Numbered from the stretch's first letter, positions 9,292 to 18,222 are shown. The stretch: DNA of 64,000 bases from an uncultured virus (IMG/VR IMGVR_UViG_3300042544_003738) (IMGVR_UViG_3300042544_003738:1-64000), one strand, 5' to 3'. Program-made: numbers and translations. The notes: generated by a model from the letters alone, not told the origin.

Positions 9292-10224
9292 ATGGGACGA
9301 CCACTTAACAAAAAATATTTTGGCAGCTTGGCTGCCTCGGGAATTGGAGGCGAAGGTGTTGCCTCTGTAACCATAACCGGACAAGGTAATTATACTAGTT
9401 TGCCAACAGTGGGCTTTAGCCCGCCATTATTACCAGGCGGCATTTCAGCTGTGGGTAGTGTGGTGATGGAACTGCGCACTGTTGCCATCAACAATGCTGG
9501 TGGATCTTACACAGCAGGTGACGTGCTAGTGATCGGCGGCGGCGCTGTGGTAGGTGATACCACTGCTGGCACATACACTGTGCAGGCCGAGATAGTTGTT
9601 GACACAGTTGACGGTATCACAGGAGCTATCACAGCTTTTGAAGTTTTGGCCGTTCGCGGATCATATACAGCACTGCCTGCAAAGGTTGCTGGAGGCAGCA
9701 ATATCACAAACCTCAGCCTAGATGGCGGCTCAGGCAACAACGCTCGTGTGGATGTAACATGGCGGGTTCTTTCTGTTACTGTGACAACAGCTGGTTCAGG
9801 TTACATTAGTGTAGCTGATGCTCTACCTACTTTCAGCGCCGGTACTGCTACAGCAACTGGCGCAGCAGTGCTCACCAGCACAACTGAGCCAGCTATCACT
9901 CCTTATGCTGTTACCATTGACGGTGGCACAGTTTTGCCAGCCGATATCATCAAACAAACTGGTGACAACAACTACATCATGGAAACTACAGAAGGGCAAA
10001 CTCTCTGCACGTTGGGTACTACTGATACACCTGTGTTTGGCGGCGCATACCTTCTGGCAACTGACGCAAATGGCAGCACATACTATGTGACAAAGCTTAC
10101 AGCCCATCTTGCTGTGTTGACCCAAAAAGCTATGGTTGGCAGCTATGTTTGGCAAACCGGTGAGCTAGCTCCTTGGGGCCTTGAGGCTGCTGACAACCTT
10201 GTTGTGCAAATCAACAATACCTAA
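9292..10224 (+). CDS. Virion structural protein (Gly/Thr/Ala-rich, fibre or decoration-like)
   Basis: Start MGRPLNKKYFG with AGGAGA RBS; repeated V..VT.T..G.GY motifs; late promoter; followed by terminator. Confidence 0.65.
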   Translation: MGRPLNKKYFGSLAASGIGGEGVASVTITGQGNYTSLPTVGFSPPLLPGGISAVGSVVMELRTVAINNAGGSYTAGDVLVIGGGAVVGDTTAGTYTVQAEIVVDTVDGITGAITAFEVLAVRGSYTALPAKVAGGSNITNLSLDGGSGNNARVDVTWRVLSVTVTTAGSGYISVADALPTFSAGTATATGAAVLTSTTEPAITPYAVTIDGGTVLPADIIKQTGDNNYIMETTEGQTLCTLGTTDTPVFGGAYLLATDANGSTYYVTKLTAHLAVLTQKAMVGSYVWQTGELAPWGLEAADNLVVQINNT

Positions 10225-10260
10225 GACAGTTTCGCTGCCTTGGTAAAGCAGTGGACTCTG

Positions 10261-10307
10261 GAAACCCTCTCAAGCAAGCCCGAGCGAACTTGAGAGGGTT
10301 TCTTTTT
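10261..10307 (+). terminator. Rho-independent terminator
   Basis: gaaaccctctcaag...cttgagagggtttc stem followed by T-run. Confidence 0.75.
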
Positions 10308-10309
10308 GA

Positions 10310-11752
10310 CTACCAGGTAATATAGGCTTGGGAGATGCTGTCACGCAGTTGACTTGTGTCCACATCAACCATCTGATCTGGCATATAGCTGCTGGGCCCC
10401 TGCCGCATAGTGACTGCATCCACATACATTGAAAATTTACCCTCTTCGGCAGTTTTCAACACGCTGGGAATCTCCAGTTCCTGCAGGATTGGGTCAAACT
10501 GTTGCACAAAAGCCGTATCCACTCCCAGCATACTGAATCTGGCGTTGTAGTGGGCCTGGCCTTTTTCCTGCCGAAGTCGCAGAACCAAGTCCAACCCAGT
10601 GAGATCGTGGGGGGCGAAGTTTTCACCAAATCCCACATTTTTGTAGCCGAGTAGAAGAACGTTCACACCTTCCTGCCAGCAACGTTCCAGGAGTTCTGCT
10701 GTTTCAGCAAGGTCCACGCTGCCTACCACATGCTGAGCCATAATGGAGGGCAGTTTCCACCACTTCTCGCCCTGACTCTTCATGTGATTGTCTAGGTTAC
10801 TCCTAATCTTGGAGATTTTGTTCAAGTCTTTGGCATTGTGAATACTCACACCAATAGCACCAGCATGGTTCACTACAGCCAATGCCTTCTCCCGATCCAA
10901 ACTCCACTTAACACCAAAAGTAGTGAAGTTTGGTACAATGTTCTTACTTGCGGTGTACTGAATGATCTCTGCGAAATTGGGGTGGTCAGTTGTCTCCCCG
11001 CCACCATAAGCAATTTCAAACACTCCCATCCGACTAAACGTATCAACCAAATTGAGAACTTCACTCAGTTGTGCATGCTTGCCTTCTGGGGTGCTGCCCT
11101 GATAACACCAATTACATTTGTAAAGGCAGTGGTCGGTCAGCTTAACGTCGACGAGCTCAGGATAAGTGCTCTTGACGTAAGGAAGAGCGTCATCTTGCAT
11201 GCTGAGCCGCACCTTGTGCCCACTGCTGGGGCTGAACAAGGTCCAATAATCCCCATCCTGGCGAATGCGCTTTTCGCCCGAGTGTTGGATAGCCGCAGTG
11301 ATGTCGTTCTCAAAGCTGCCGTCTGGGGGTGTTTGCCCATCGCTGTTGTCGTTCCCGCCGAGGATAACAACATCATCGCGCATCACATACTGGTAGAGGC
11401 TCTTGACAAATCCACCATCAACAGGATCTGAGCTTGAGAAAATTCCCCAAATGCTTTGATGGTCCACACCATAGCTGCAAAAAGTGTCTGCTGTGTAGTT
11501 TGTGCCAAGCCAGCTGTTCATCAACTGAACAGCGGTTTCCCCTGACACATTTTCCCTATCCAGAGCATGGTATAGCTGGGTGGCAAAATACGCCGACTTG
11601 CTTTCTTGATCAGCCAGGGTGAACTGTTCCCAACCATATTCAAAGCGGTTGTGCTCATCTGTGCCAACCCGCATTCCGGCTGGAATCATCACAATGCTGT
11701 GACTACTACTGCTGTTGGTAGCAAAGCCAGCCCGAACGTTGAAAATCTTCAC
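10310..11752 (-). CDS. Radical SAM protein with N-terminal RxGFxTNSSS domain
   Basis: CxxxCxxC (CLYKCNWC), GGGE motif; GTG start with GAGAGG RBS; TTGACG-16-TATAAT promoter at 11805-11778. Confidence 0.85.
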   Translation of the reverse strand: MKIFNVRAGFATNSSSSHSIVMIPAGMRVGTDEHNRFEYGWEQFTLADQESKSAYFATQLYHALDRENVSGETAVQLMNSWLGTNYTADTFCSYGVDHQSIWGIFSSSDPVDGGFVKSLYQYVMRDDVVILGGNDNSDGQTPPDGSFENDITAAIQHSGEKRIRQDGDYWTLFSPSSGHKVRLSMQDDALPYVKSTYPELVDVKLTDHCLYKCNWCYQGSTPEGKHAQLSEVLNLVDTFSRMGVFEIAYGGGETTDHPNFAEIIQYTASKNIVPNFTTFGVKWSLDREKALAVVNHAGAIGVSIHNAKDLNKISKIRSNLDNHMKSQGEKWWKLPSIMAQHVVGSVDLAETAELLERCWQEGVNVLLLGYKNVGFGENFAPHDLTGLDLVLRLRQEKGQAHYNARFSMLGVDTAFVQQFDPILQELEIPSVLKTAEEGKFSMYVDAVTMRQGPSSYMPDQMVDVDTSQLRDSISQAYITW

Positions 11753-11806
11753 AGCAACCTCTCTCGTGTGTTCAACCATTATACACACGAGAGAAAATAC
11801 GTCAAG

Positions 11807-12307
11807 CTAGACCAATTGGCGAATATCCAGTTGATCGGGCAGCTTGCCCAGCTCTTTCACAAAAAACACACATAAGGGATTACTGCCTTGGGTCAATGGA
11901 AAGGCCAGTATGTGTCCATTCTTCAATCTGGGAAAATACCACTTGACATCACTGAACACATTGAGAATTTCAATGTTACAGAAATCAGGCATGTAGCCTT
12001 TTATGGGATTGATACAAAATGCATCAAAATCCTTGTCGTTTAGGTCCACTAGCTTCATGATTTCCAAATCACCAGCGTGTTTGTCTCCCACAACAATGCT
12101 CCAATCCAAGGGCATTTGTATGTTGTAAGGTCCAATTTTGATATCTGCACAAGGGCTATGGAAAATATCTAAGAAGATCAATGGGTACCAATAGTAGTCA
12201 ATGTTGTGGCTATCACTGTAGTCAAGAACGCAATAGCGCAAATCATCCACTTTTTCAGGAAGTTGATTCAAGTCATACGCTGTATTTTCTGTGGTCAAAA
12301 TGCGCAA
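11807..12307 (-). CDS. Hypothetical phage protein
   Basis: 166-aa ORF downstream of uvsW, TAAATA upstream. Confidence 0.7.
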   Translation of the reverse strand: MRILTTENTAYDLNQLPEKVDDLRYCVLDYSDSHNIDYYWYPLIFLDIFHSPCADIKIGPYNIQMPLDWSIVVGDKHAGDLEIMKLVDLNDKDFDAFCINPIKGYMPDFCNIEILNVFSDVKWYFPRLKNGHILAFPLTQGSNPLCVFFVKELGKLPDQLDIRQLV

Positions 12308-12352
12308 AGGAGTTTCCTAATGTGATGATCACTTATTTAAATTGAAATCACA

Positions 12353-13810
12353 CTAGTAACGGATTTTTTTCACCTCAAAAGGGTATTCACTTGTTTTGTA
12401 AAACTGTTTGCGTTTGTTAAGATGGCTGTTACTGAACTTCATCTTGCTGCTGATGTCATAAATTTGAACACTGCTCTTGTCATCTGCCATTCGTAATCCA
12501 CGCCCAATGCTTTGAATAGTTCTTACAAAACTTTTGCCTGCTTCAACCAATACTAGATTGAAGATTCTGTTGATTGAAATACCTGTTGACGTGGTGCCAT
12601 ATGTGGCTACCATTATTTTATTATCGCTGAAATTGATCTCTTTGTAATGCTCTCTACGATCTTTGGCACTCATTTCTCCTGAGATGAATACTGCTCCACT
12701 TAGTTGATTATAGAGTTTTTGTCCAGTTTCAATACGGTCAACAAGAACAAGTGTGTTTCCTGACTCAGCTATTGTCTCGATAGTTTGTGCCATCCATTGC
12801 AGCCTCTGATCATTTGTGACCAAAAACTTCAACTCTTCCTGGTAGTTTCCATATTGGAATGTTTCTTGTGTTTGTAAGCATGTTACATCACACTGTGCCA
12901 GCACTCCTTTGTCTTGCAGTTCTTTGGCAGTAAGGCTTCCAATTTGCGGCCCAATAGCAGTAAACAAACCCACTTGTTTGTATTCTTCCTCAGGAACGGT
13001 GCCAGTCAGTCCCCAACGAATGGGAATGTTTTTGAACACGCTTGTGAGTAATTGATGTAACACATTTAAATCTTTTACTCCATGGCACTCATCACAAATC
13101 ACACACACCAAATCTTTCAAAAATGTCTCTAACTGATCTCCATCAAGAGAGTCTTTGTTCTTTTTGTCTAGAACATTCAAGCTCTGCCATGTGCAGATAG
13201 TGTGTTTGCAGGTGTACTCTTTTCGATCACCAAACAATACCCCTACATCAAGACCAATATTTCGATAATCTTCTTCTGTCTGTTGCACAAGATTCTTGTT
13301 AGGAACAATAACGATAGTTCGTCCACGCTCTTCAACAATTTTTGAAAGTGTGGCTGTTACAATAGTTTTGCCAGCTGAAGTGGGTAGTACATTGACCCCT
13401 TGTGGGTTTTGGAGACAGAGATTGATGGCGTCTACTTGATAGTCTCGCAATTGAATTGGTTGACCAGCAAATCGATGCCCTGCAGGCCAAGTCAAAGGAC
13501 TTAGAAAATTCTCATCAATTGATGGAAAGCTGATGTTGTGAAATGCACGTTGATCGTCAATCTCAAACTCATAACCATGTTCTTGTAAAACAGGTAATAG
13601 TCGATCCAGAATGTTGAGATAGGTTTTGCCTCCGAGTGTCATATAAGACATGCACCCGTTCCATCTACCCATACGAAAAGCTGGGGAATATCGGGCTTGT
13701 GGTAAGAAATATTCAACAGACTTAACCATTGCACGTTTTACGGGCAAATCTATATTTTTGATAGATATATTCACTTCATCTTCTATGATAATTTTAGCTA
13801 TCTTTGTCAT
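12353..13810 (-). CDS. uvsW: UvsW-like superfamily 2 DNA helicase
   Basis: LRDYQ, PTSAGKT, DECH, GLTGT, QSIGRGLR motifs. Confidence 0.9.
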   Translation of the reverse strand: MTKIAKIIIEDEVNISIKNIDLPVKRAMVKSVEYFLPQARYSPAFRMGRWNGCMSYMTLGGKTYLNILDRLLPVLQEHGYEFEIDDQRAFHNISFPSIDENFLSPLTWPAGHRFAGQPIQLRDYQVDAINLCLQNPQGVNVLPTSAGKTIVTATLSKIVEERGRTIVIVPNKNLVQQTEEDYRNIGLDVGVLFGDRKEYTCKHTICTWQSLNVLDKKNKDSLDGDQLETFLKDLVCVICDECHGVKDLNVLHQLLTSVFKNIPIRWGLTGTVPEEEYKQVGLFTAIGPQIGSLTAKELQDKGVLAQCDVTCLQTQETFQYGNYQEELKFLVTNDQRLQWMAQTIETIAESGNTLVLVDRIETGQKLYNQLSGAVFISGEMSAKDRREHYKEINFSDNKIMVATYGTTSTGISINRIFNLVLVEAGKSFVRTIQSIGRGLRMADDKSSVQIYDISSKMKFSNSHLNKRKQFYKTSEYPFEVKKIRY

Positions 13811-13871
13811 ATAAATCCATAATTAATAAATGATATCATAGTGTATCACAGCCAATATAATAATGCAATGA

Positions 13872-13941
13872 CATAAATAGACTTGTGGTTCACGGAGTTG
13901 GCGCTCCCAACCACTCTATCGCTTAGAAGGAGCAACAGCAT
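13872..13941 (+). promoter_or_regulatory. Late promoter (CATAAATA) and structured 5' leader of homing endonuclease
   Basis: cataaata 13872-13879; gtggtt..ggag..ctcc..aaccac nested stem; gct-tagaagg-agc stem overlapping the RBS. Confidence 0.6.
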
Positions 13942-14658
13942 ATGGCTATTTACAGAAAGTATCCCCTTGGATACTATGTTTATTATTATTTGAGAAATCA
14001 AGACAGCGAAACCACTAATCAAGGATTATGTGGCACCCCGTATTATGTAGGCAAGGGATGTGGTGCGCGCGCCTGGAGGTTTCACACAAAAAATATACGA
14101 ATACCGAAGGATACAACTAATATTGTAATAATTACAGAGGGACTGACCGAACACCAGGCTTTCCAAATAGAATCATTGCATATAAAACTATGGGGACGTA
14201 AAGATCTAGGAACAGGCATATTACACAACAAAACAAATGGTGGTGATGGAGCAAGCGGAACAGTTCGATCTCCAGACACACGGGAAAAAATACGCCAGAC
14301 TTTGAAAGCTCGTCCTGGCCGCAAGCATTCAGAATCTACTAAGGCACTCATAAGTTTACGTAATAGAGAACGGGTGTTAACTCCTGAGGCTAGGGCAAAA
14401 ATGCTTGTCAATTTGGAAAAAGGTAGGGGCAAACAATCGGAACAAACCCGACAAAAGATAAGTCAAAAACATAAGGGGCGCAATCGCTCCGAAGAACACA
14501 AAGAATCATTGCGAAGAGCATGGATAACTCGGGACAAGACGCCTTACAACAAAGGAACAATCAGTCCTAGACTATGCTGTATCCAGTGCCATAAGGATTA
14601 TGGCATAAGTCAGTTCAAAGTACATTTGAAATTAGGATGTGATGCAATATCACAATAA
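13942..14658 (+). CDS. Free-standing GIY-YIG-like homing endonuclease with NUMOD3 repeats
   Basis: YYVYYY..PYYVGKG..R..E..N.T.GGDG nuclease domain then HSESTK / SEQTRQKIS / SEEHK NUMOD3-type repeats. Confidence 0.85.
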   Translation: MAIYRKYPLGYYVYYYLRNQDSETTNQGLCGTPYYVGKGCGARAWRFHTKNIRIPKDTTNIVIITEGLTEHQAFQIESLHIKLWGRKDLGTGILHNKTNGGDGASGTVRSPDTREKIRQTLKARPGRKHSESTKALISLRNRERVLTPEARAKMLVNLEKGRGKQSEQTRQKISQKHKGRNRSEEHKESLRRAWITRDKTPYNKGTISPRLCCIQCHKDYGISQFKVHLKLGCDAISQ

Positions 14659-14684
14659 GGATAATTTAAGGGATTACTGGTAAT

Positions 14685-14858
14685 TAGGGTGTTGTAAGAA
14701 TGCAACACCCATCGTCCCATTTTGAAAGCGGGACTATACCGAGCTGATGGCAAGAAGTATTTGACAGAATTAACCAATGCTCTCTTGACAGGTAGGTCGA
14801 TCCCTGTGATTTGAATGTTTACCTCGTCTTGAATAATTATCTTTGCAACTTTGCTCAT
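14685..14858 (-). pseudogene. Orphan 5' fragment of uvsW (duplicate of the first ~58 codons)
   Basis: MSKVAKIIIQDEVNIQITGIDLPVKRALVNSVKYFLPSARYSPAFKMGRW matches UvsW MTKIAKIIIEDEVNISIKNIDLPVKRAMVKSVEYFLPQARYSPAFRMGRW. Confidence 0.88.
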
Positions 14859-14935
14859 GTTTCCATCTCAGTTTCAAGTATTGATTGTAATTTAGCATCT
14901 GACTTCAGCCAAGTTGTGGTAGTGTAAATACTCTT

Positions 14936-15586
14936 ATGCAACTTAGTGAATTGGAAATAACCAAACAATTGAAAAAGCGCGGACCTGTTCACTGGCAAGA
15001 AGTTGTGAACAAACATGGCTGGGCGCTTGTTGGGTGGGGTAATGAGGCTGTAGTGGTAGGTCATCCTGAAAAACCCTATGTGCTTAGAATTTTCAGTAAG
15101 GACACGCCCTATGTGGATTGGGTCAATTTAGTTAAGTCACATCAAGAAAATCCACATTTTCCCAAATTCAGCCGCTACGTAAGACCTATTCCAGGAACTG
15201 AAATGAATTATGTGAGAATGGAAATATTAAAATCCATTACGCAAAATCAATTGATGAAAGATTATCTACCAGAATTAGCATATTTGTATATTCAAACAAC
15301 ACTGCTGGGATATCAGTTTGAATTAGACTTTGCCCTAACAGTAGGGGTTTACCTCCGAGAACTTTCAAGAGGCAGTATTTTTGACAAACAAATTCAAAAC
15401 GAACTATGGGAAAAAATTGGAAAACCAGACAGCTCTTGGAAACAGGCAATAGACTTATTGTTGACCTTACACCAAAAAAGTAAAAAGTGGCCTAGTGAGC
15501 TGGATATGCATTATGGCAACTTCATGCTACGAGGCAATATTCTTGTAATCTCTGACCCCCTGAAGTTACCTAGTCACCATGCATAA
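14936..15586 (+). CDS. T7 gp0.7-like protein kinase (copy 1)
   Basis: GWGNEA Gly-loop, HP..YVLRI, RME, DMHYGNFM catalytic loop, ISDP; TAAATA at 14925-14930. Confidence 0.78.
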   Translation: MQLSELEITKQLKKRGPVHWQEVVNKHGWALVGWGNEAVVVGHPEKPYVLRIFSKDTPYVDWVNLVKSHQENPHFPKFSRYVRPIPGTEMNYVRMEILKSITQNQLMKDYLPELAYLYIQTTLLGYQFELDFALTVGVYLRELSRGSIFDKQIQNELWEKIGKPDSSWKQAIDLLLTLHQKSKKWPSELDMHYGNFMLRGNILVISDPLKLPSHHA

Positions 15587-16211
15587 CTTACACGAGCTAG
15601 AGATTACAAAAGACTTAAAAACCAAAAGCCTTAGCGAAATATTGCGCAAAAATGGATGGCAATTATTGGGCACAGGCAAAGAAGCGTTTGTTGCTGAACA
15701 CCCCAAAGAGTCTTATGTACTGCGCATCTGGGTCAAAGGCAGCCGGTATGAGCACTTTGTTGAGTTTTGTAGGCACAACCAACACAATACTCATGTTCCC
15801 AAATTCAGTAGATATATACGCCCTATTCCTGGGACACCTTATGTGTATGTGCGAATGGAAAAACTATTACCTGTTAGTTTGAATAGATTAACACAAAATT
15901 ATATGCCTGAGCTGCTATATTTGCACCTCTTGGCCAAAAAATATAATGTTCGTGCCCTAGTGGACCATGTTTTTGATGCAGTTGCAGATTTTATCTATGC
16001 AGAGGGAATTGATATAGAGTCAATATCTGACATAATGGGAGATCTTTGGGACATTTGGCAAACGATTGGTCCCCCAGATCCCAGTTGGAAACAAGTATCC
16101 CAAAATTTGATTTCGTATGCCACTCACTATGGATTAACATCCTGGGATTTACACAATGCAAATTTTATGACCCGAGACGGCAATCTAGTAATAACTGACC
16201 CATTCTTTTAA
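15579..16211 (+). CDS. T7 gp0.7-like protein kinase (copy 2, paralog)
   Basis: GTGKEA, HP..YVLRI, RMEKL, DLHNANFM, ITDP; shares PKFSRY.RPIPGT with copy 1. Confidence 0.78.
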   Translation: MHNLHELEITKDLKTKSLSEILRKNGWQLLGTGKEAFVAEHPKESYVLRIWVKGSRYEHFVEFCRHNQHNTHVPKFSRYIRPIPGTPYVYVRMEKLLPVSLNRLTQNYMPELLYLHLLAKKYNVRALVDHVFDAVADFIYAEGIDIESISDIMGDLWDIWQTIGPPDPSWKQVSQNLISYATHYGLTSWDLHNANFMTRDGNLVITDPFF

Positions 16212-16243
16212 AAAATGGGGAGGAGCAATCCTCCCCATTTTTT
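16211..16243. terminator. Bidirectional rho-independent terminator
   Basis: aaaaatggggagg-agcaat-cctccccattttt between convergent genes. Confidence 0.85.
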
Positions 16244-16244
16244 G

Positions 16245-16970
16245 TCACACCTTACTGCGAAGTGCAGCCAGCTTTTCGTGCAGGCTGTTGCTTTTGCCTT
16301 TGCCGTCAACTTCTGCAAGAGCAGCAGCTACAGCAGAGTCGTTGTCTGAGGCCTTGCCCAGTGCATCACTCCGAATACGGTTAGCAGCAGCGCGCTCGCG
16401 AGACTCACGAGCATTTGCTGCCATAGCATCCAGTGCTGCGTCTGTACCCGACAGCCCTTTGCTGATGCCAGCCATACGTTCCCGTTCTGCTCGGCGTGCC
16501 TCAGAGACCTTGGCCTCCTGTTCCGCACGCTCTTGGTCTCGGCGAGCACGGTCCAGCTTCTGCCGGCCTTCGAGGACCAGTCGCTGGGCATTTTGTGCAG
16601 CTTGGCGAGTTTCAGTAGCCCACTCAGAGGCATCAGCAGCCTCTTCCTCAGCATCCTTCAGCTGAGCTTGATACGAGAGTGCTTCATCAGCAGCCTTGTT
16701 GGCAGCAGTTTCGTTACCAGCGGTCAGCAGCTTTTCAGCAGCAGCCGTGTAGCGAGCTAAGTTACTTTGGATGTTGGCTAGTCGCTCAGCAGCCTGCTTG
16801 CTGTCAGTTTCAGCTCGTGCAGCAGCCGTAGCCATCTCCTGGGCCTGAGTGTCCCACTCCCGTAGCTGGGCTGAAGAAACTGCCTCAGGGTCCCATTGGG
16901 CCATCAGCTTGATTGCCCCATCGTGCAGTGAGTCCATCTTGCTTTTGAAGAATGAAGTGAAGAAAGCCAT
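16245..16970 (-). CDS. PspA/IM30-like coiled-coil protein
   Basis: Amphipathic N-terminus MAFFTSFF, DPE motif, long Ala/Glu coiled coil, C-terminal EKLAALR. Confidence 0.6.
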   Translation of the reverse strand: MAFFTSFFKSKMDSLHDGAIKLMAQWDPEAVSSAQLREWDTQAQEMATAAARAETDSKQAAERLANIQSNLARYTAAAEKLLTAGNETAANKAADEALSYQAQLKDAEEEAADASEWATETRQAAQNAQRLVLEGRQKLDRARRDQERAEQEAKVSEARRAERERMAGISKGLSGTDAALDAMAANARESRERAAANRIRSDALGKASDNDSAVAAALAEVDGKGKSNSLHEKLAALRSKV

Positions 16971-17004
16971 GTTTATATCCTTTCAGTGGATTGATATCAT
17001 CAGT

Positions 17005-17033
17005 AGTGTATTTGTAGTGTGTGGTTGTGTCAA
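17005..17033 (-). promoter_or_regulatory. Sigma70-type early promoter TTGACA-17-TACACT
   Basis: tgtcaa at 17028-17033 and agtgta at 17005-17010 on + strand, upstream of PspA-like gene. Confidence 0.75.
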
Positions 17034-17042
17034 TAGTTTTAT

Positions 17043-17148
17043 GGCCGGAGGTTCCTGCTAAACGGGCAAATTAACCCCTCCTTAACCCTGTTTCCAAGGT
17101 CCCAATACGGAGCCCGCCCTGGGAGTTATCAGGGCAATTTTCCCCGGC
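17043..17148 (-). ncRNA. Candidate structured non-coding RNA (unknown family)
   Basis: GC-rich intergenic block with paired ends (gccgg/ccggc), gccctg/cagggc hairpin and GAAA-capped hairpin. Confidence 0.35.
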
Positions 17149-17156
17149 TCAGTGCG

Positions 17157-17624
17157 CTATGACACAACCACAACCTCATCAAAGCCTTCGTCCTCAGTGG
17201 GTATCTCCAAGTGACTGGCCATGCCCTGGAGGATGTTCCAGGGAATATGCTTGCCTGGCCGGCTGGCGAGCCTGCGTTCCAGCTCCTTGGGCTCAGGAGT
17301 GGGAAAGAACACTGCCACCTTCCGGTAGGTGTTGGGCACAGAGGCCAGCTTAGCTGCACGGCTTTTGCTGGTGACATTGGTTTGATCCCAACAAATGTCG
17401 TCTCCATCCTTGATGGCAATGGCCAAATCAGCGTTCATGATGGAGGTAGCACGCTTCACAAAGCCCTTGAACACCTCGCTGTATGTTCGGCCTTGACGAG
17501 CTGCCTCAGCATCAATGTGCTGATCGGTGCTGATGATAGCAGTGTCTCGACCAAAGCCCTGCTGATCAAGCCATGTGGACTTCCCGCTGCCAGGCACACC
17601 CACCAACATCCATAGAGTAGGCAT
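17157..17624 (-). CDS. AAA_33 / polynucleotide kinase-like P-loop kinase
   Basis: MLVGVPGSGKST, ISTD, WDQTN, RLASR motifs; start reassigned to MPTLW. Confidence 0.82.
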   Translation of the reverse strand: MPTLWMLVGVPGSGKSTWLDQQGFGRDTAIISTDQHIDAEAARQGRTYSEVFKGFVKRATSIMNADLAIAIKDGDDICWDQTNVTSKSRAAKLASVPNTYRKVAVFFPTPEPKELERRLASRPGKHIPWNILQGMASHLEIPTEDEGFDEVVVVS

Positions 17625-17625
17625 C

Positions 17626-17808
17626 TTACATCTTCCCCACGCAGTAGGGCATATAGCGGCGGTTGGTTCCAGCCTCAGCTTCGGCACGGTTCATGCCAGC
17701 CACAGTGGCCCGTTCGAACTCGCAGCCTTTGCTCACAGTGTCCAGGCGCCTGGGCTCAAAAGAAGGATCTCCTGTGAGCATGAGAGTTACGACGAGAATG
17801 TTACCCAT
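17626..17808 (-). CDS. Small hypothetical protein
   Basis: AAGGA RBS before MGNILV; fits tight gene packing. Confidence 0.5.
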   Translation of the reverse strand: MGNILVVTLMLTGDPSFEPRRLDTVSKGCEFERATVAGMNRAEAEAGTNRRYMPYCVGKM

Positions 17809-17822
17809 CTTGATTTCCTTTC

Positions 17823-18215
17823 TTATTCCGGCCAATTGTCAGCAAGCTGGCCCACTCGGAAACTGCCGTCTTTCATTTCCAGTAGGTTGAAGCCACAGTC
17901 ACTCATCTCATCCAGCACCGCAAAATAGCGCATCTGTGAGACCTTGACGGCTGGCACAGTGTTGGTTGGTTCAACGTATTCATTTGGGGTGGAACCCTCA
18001 AGATACACTCCAATACTGGTGCCCTTGAAATAGTCATCCTCGTTAGGCGGGCGCGGCCCCAACATTTGCCAGTTGCTGGAATTTTCACAATAGCTTTGAA
18101 ACTCCTGCATTTCATTGCCCTCAGCATGCTTACCGTAAGCTGTTTTCAGGATTTGCGGATTGCGCTTGAGGAACTCTGCGAGATAAGTCAGCGCAGCTTG
18201 ATCGGTAGGTGTCAT
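17823..18215 (-). CDS. Hypothetical protein
   Basis: 130-aa ORF with AAGGAG RBS and early promoter. Confidence 0.7.
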   Translation of the reverse strand: MTPTDQAALTYLAEFLKRNPQILKTAYGKHAEGNEMQEFQSYCENSSNWQMLGPRPPNEDDYFKGTSIGVYLEGSTPNEYVEPTNTVPAVKVSQMRYFAVLDEMSDCGFNLLEMKDGSFRVGQLADNWPE

Positions 18216-18222
18216 GAATATT

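Noticed and set aside
10232..10268. tRNA-Gln-like fragment (tggtaaagcagtggactctg)
   Set aside because: No pairing anticodon stem, T-arm or acceptor stem; runs into a terminator
13811..14684. Group I intron interrupting uvsW
   Set aside because: Endonuclease is antisense, no intron core is recognisable, and the downstream uvsW ORF is complete with its own start
14610..14858. 82-aa ORF as an independent functional gene
   Set aside because: It is the orphan uvsW 5' end reading into unrelated sequence antisense to the endonuclease
17043..17148. tRNA, hammerhead or HDV-like ribozyme identity for the structured element
   Set aside because: No TTC T-loop or CCA end, no CUGANGA core, no HDV nested pseudoknot found by eye; kept only as an unknown RNA candidate
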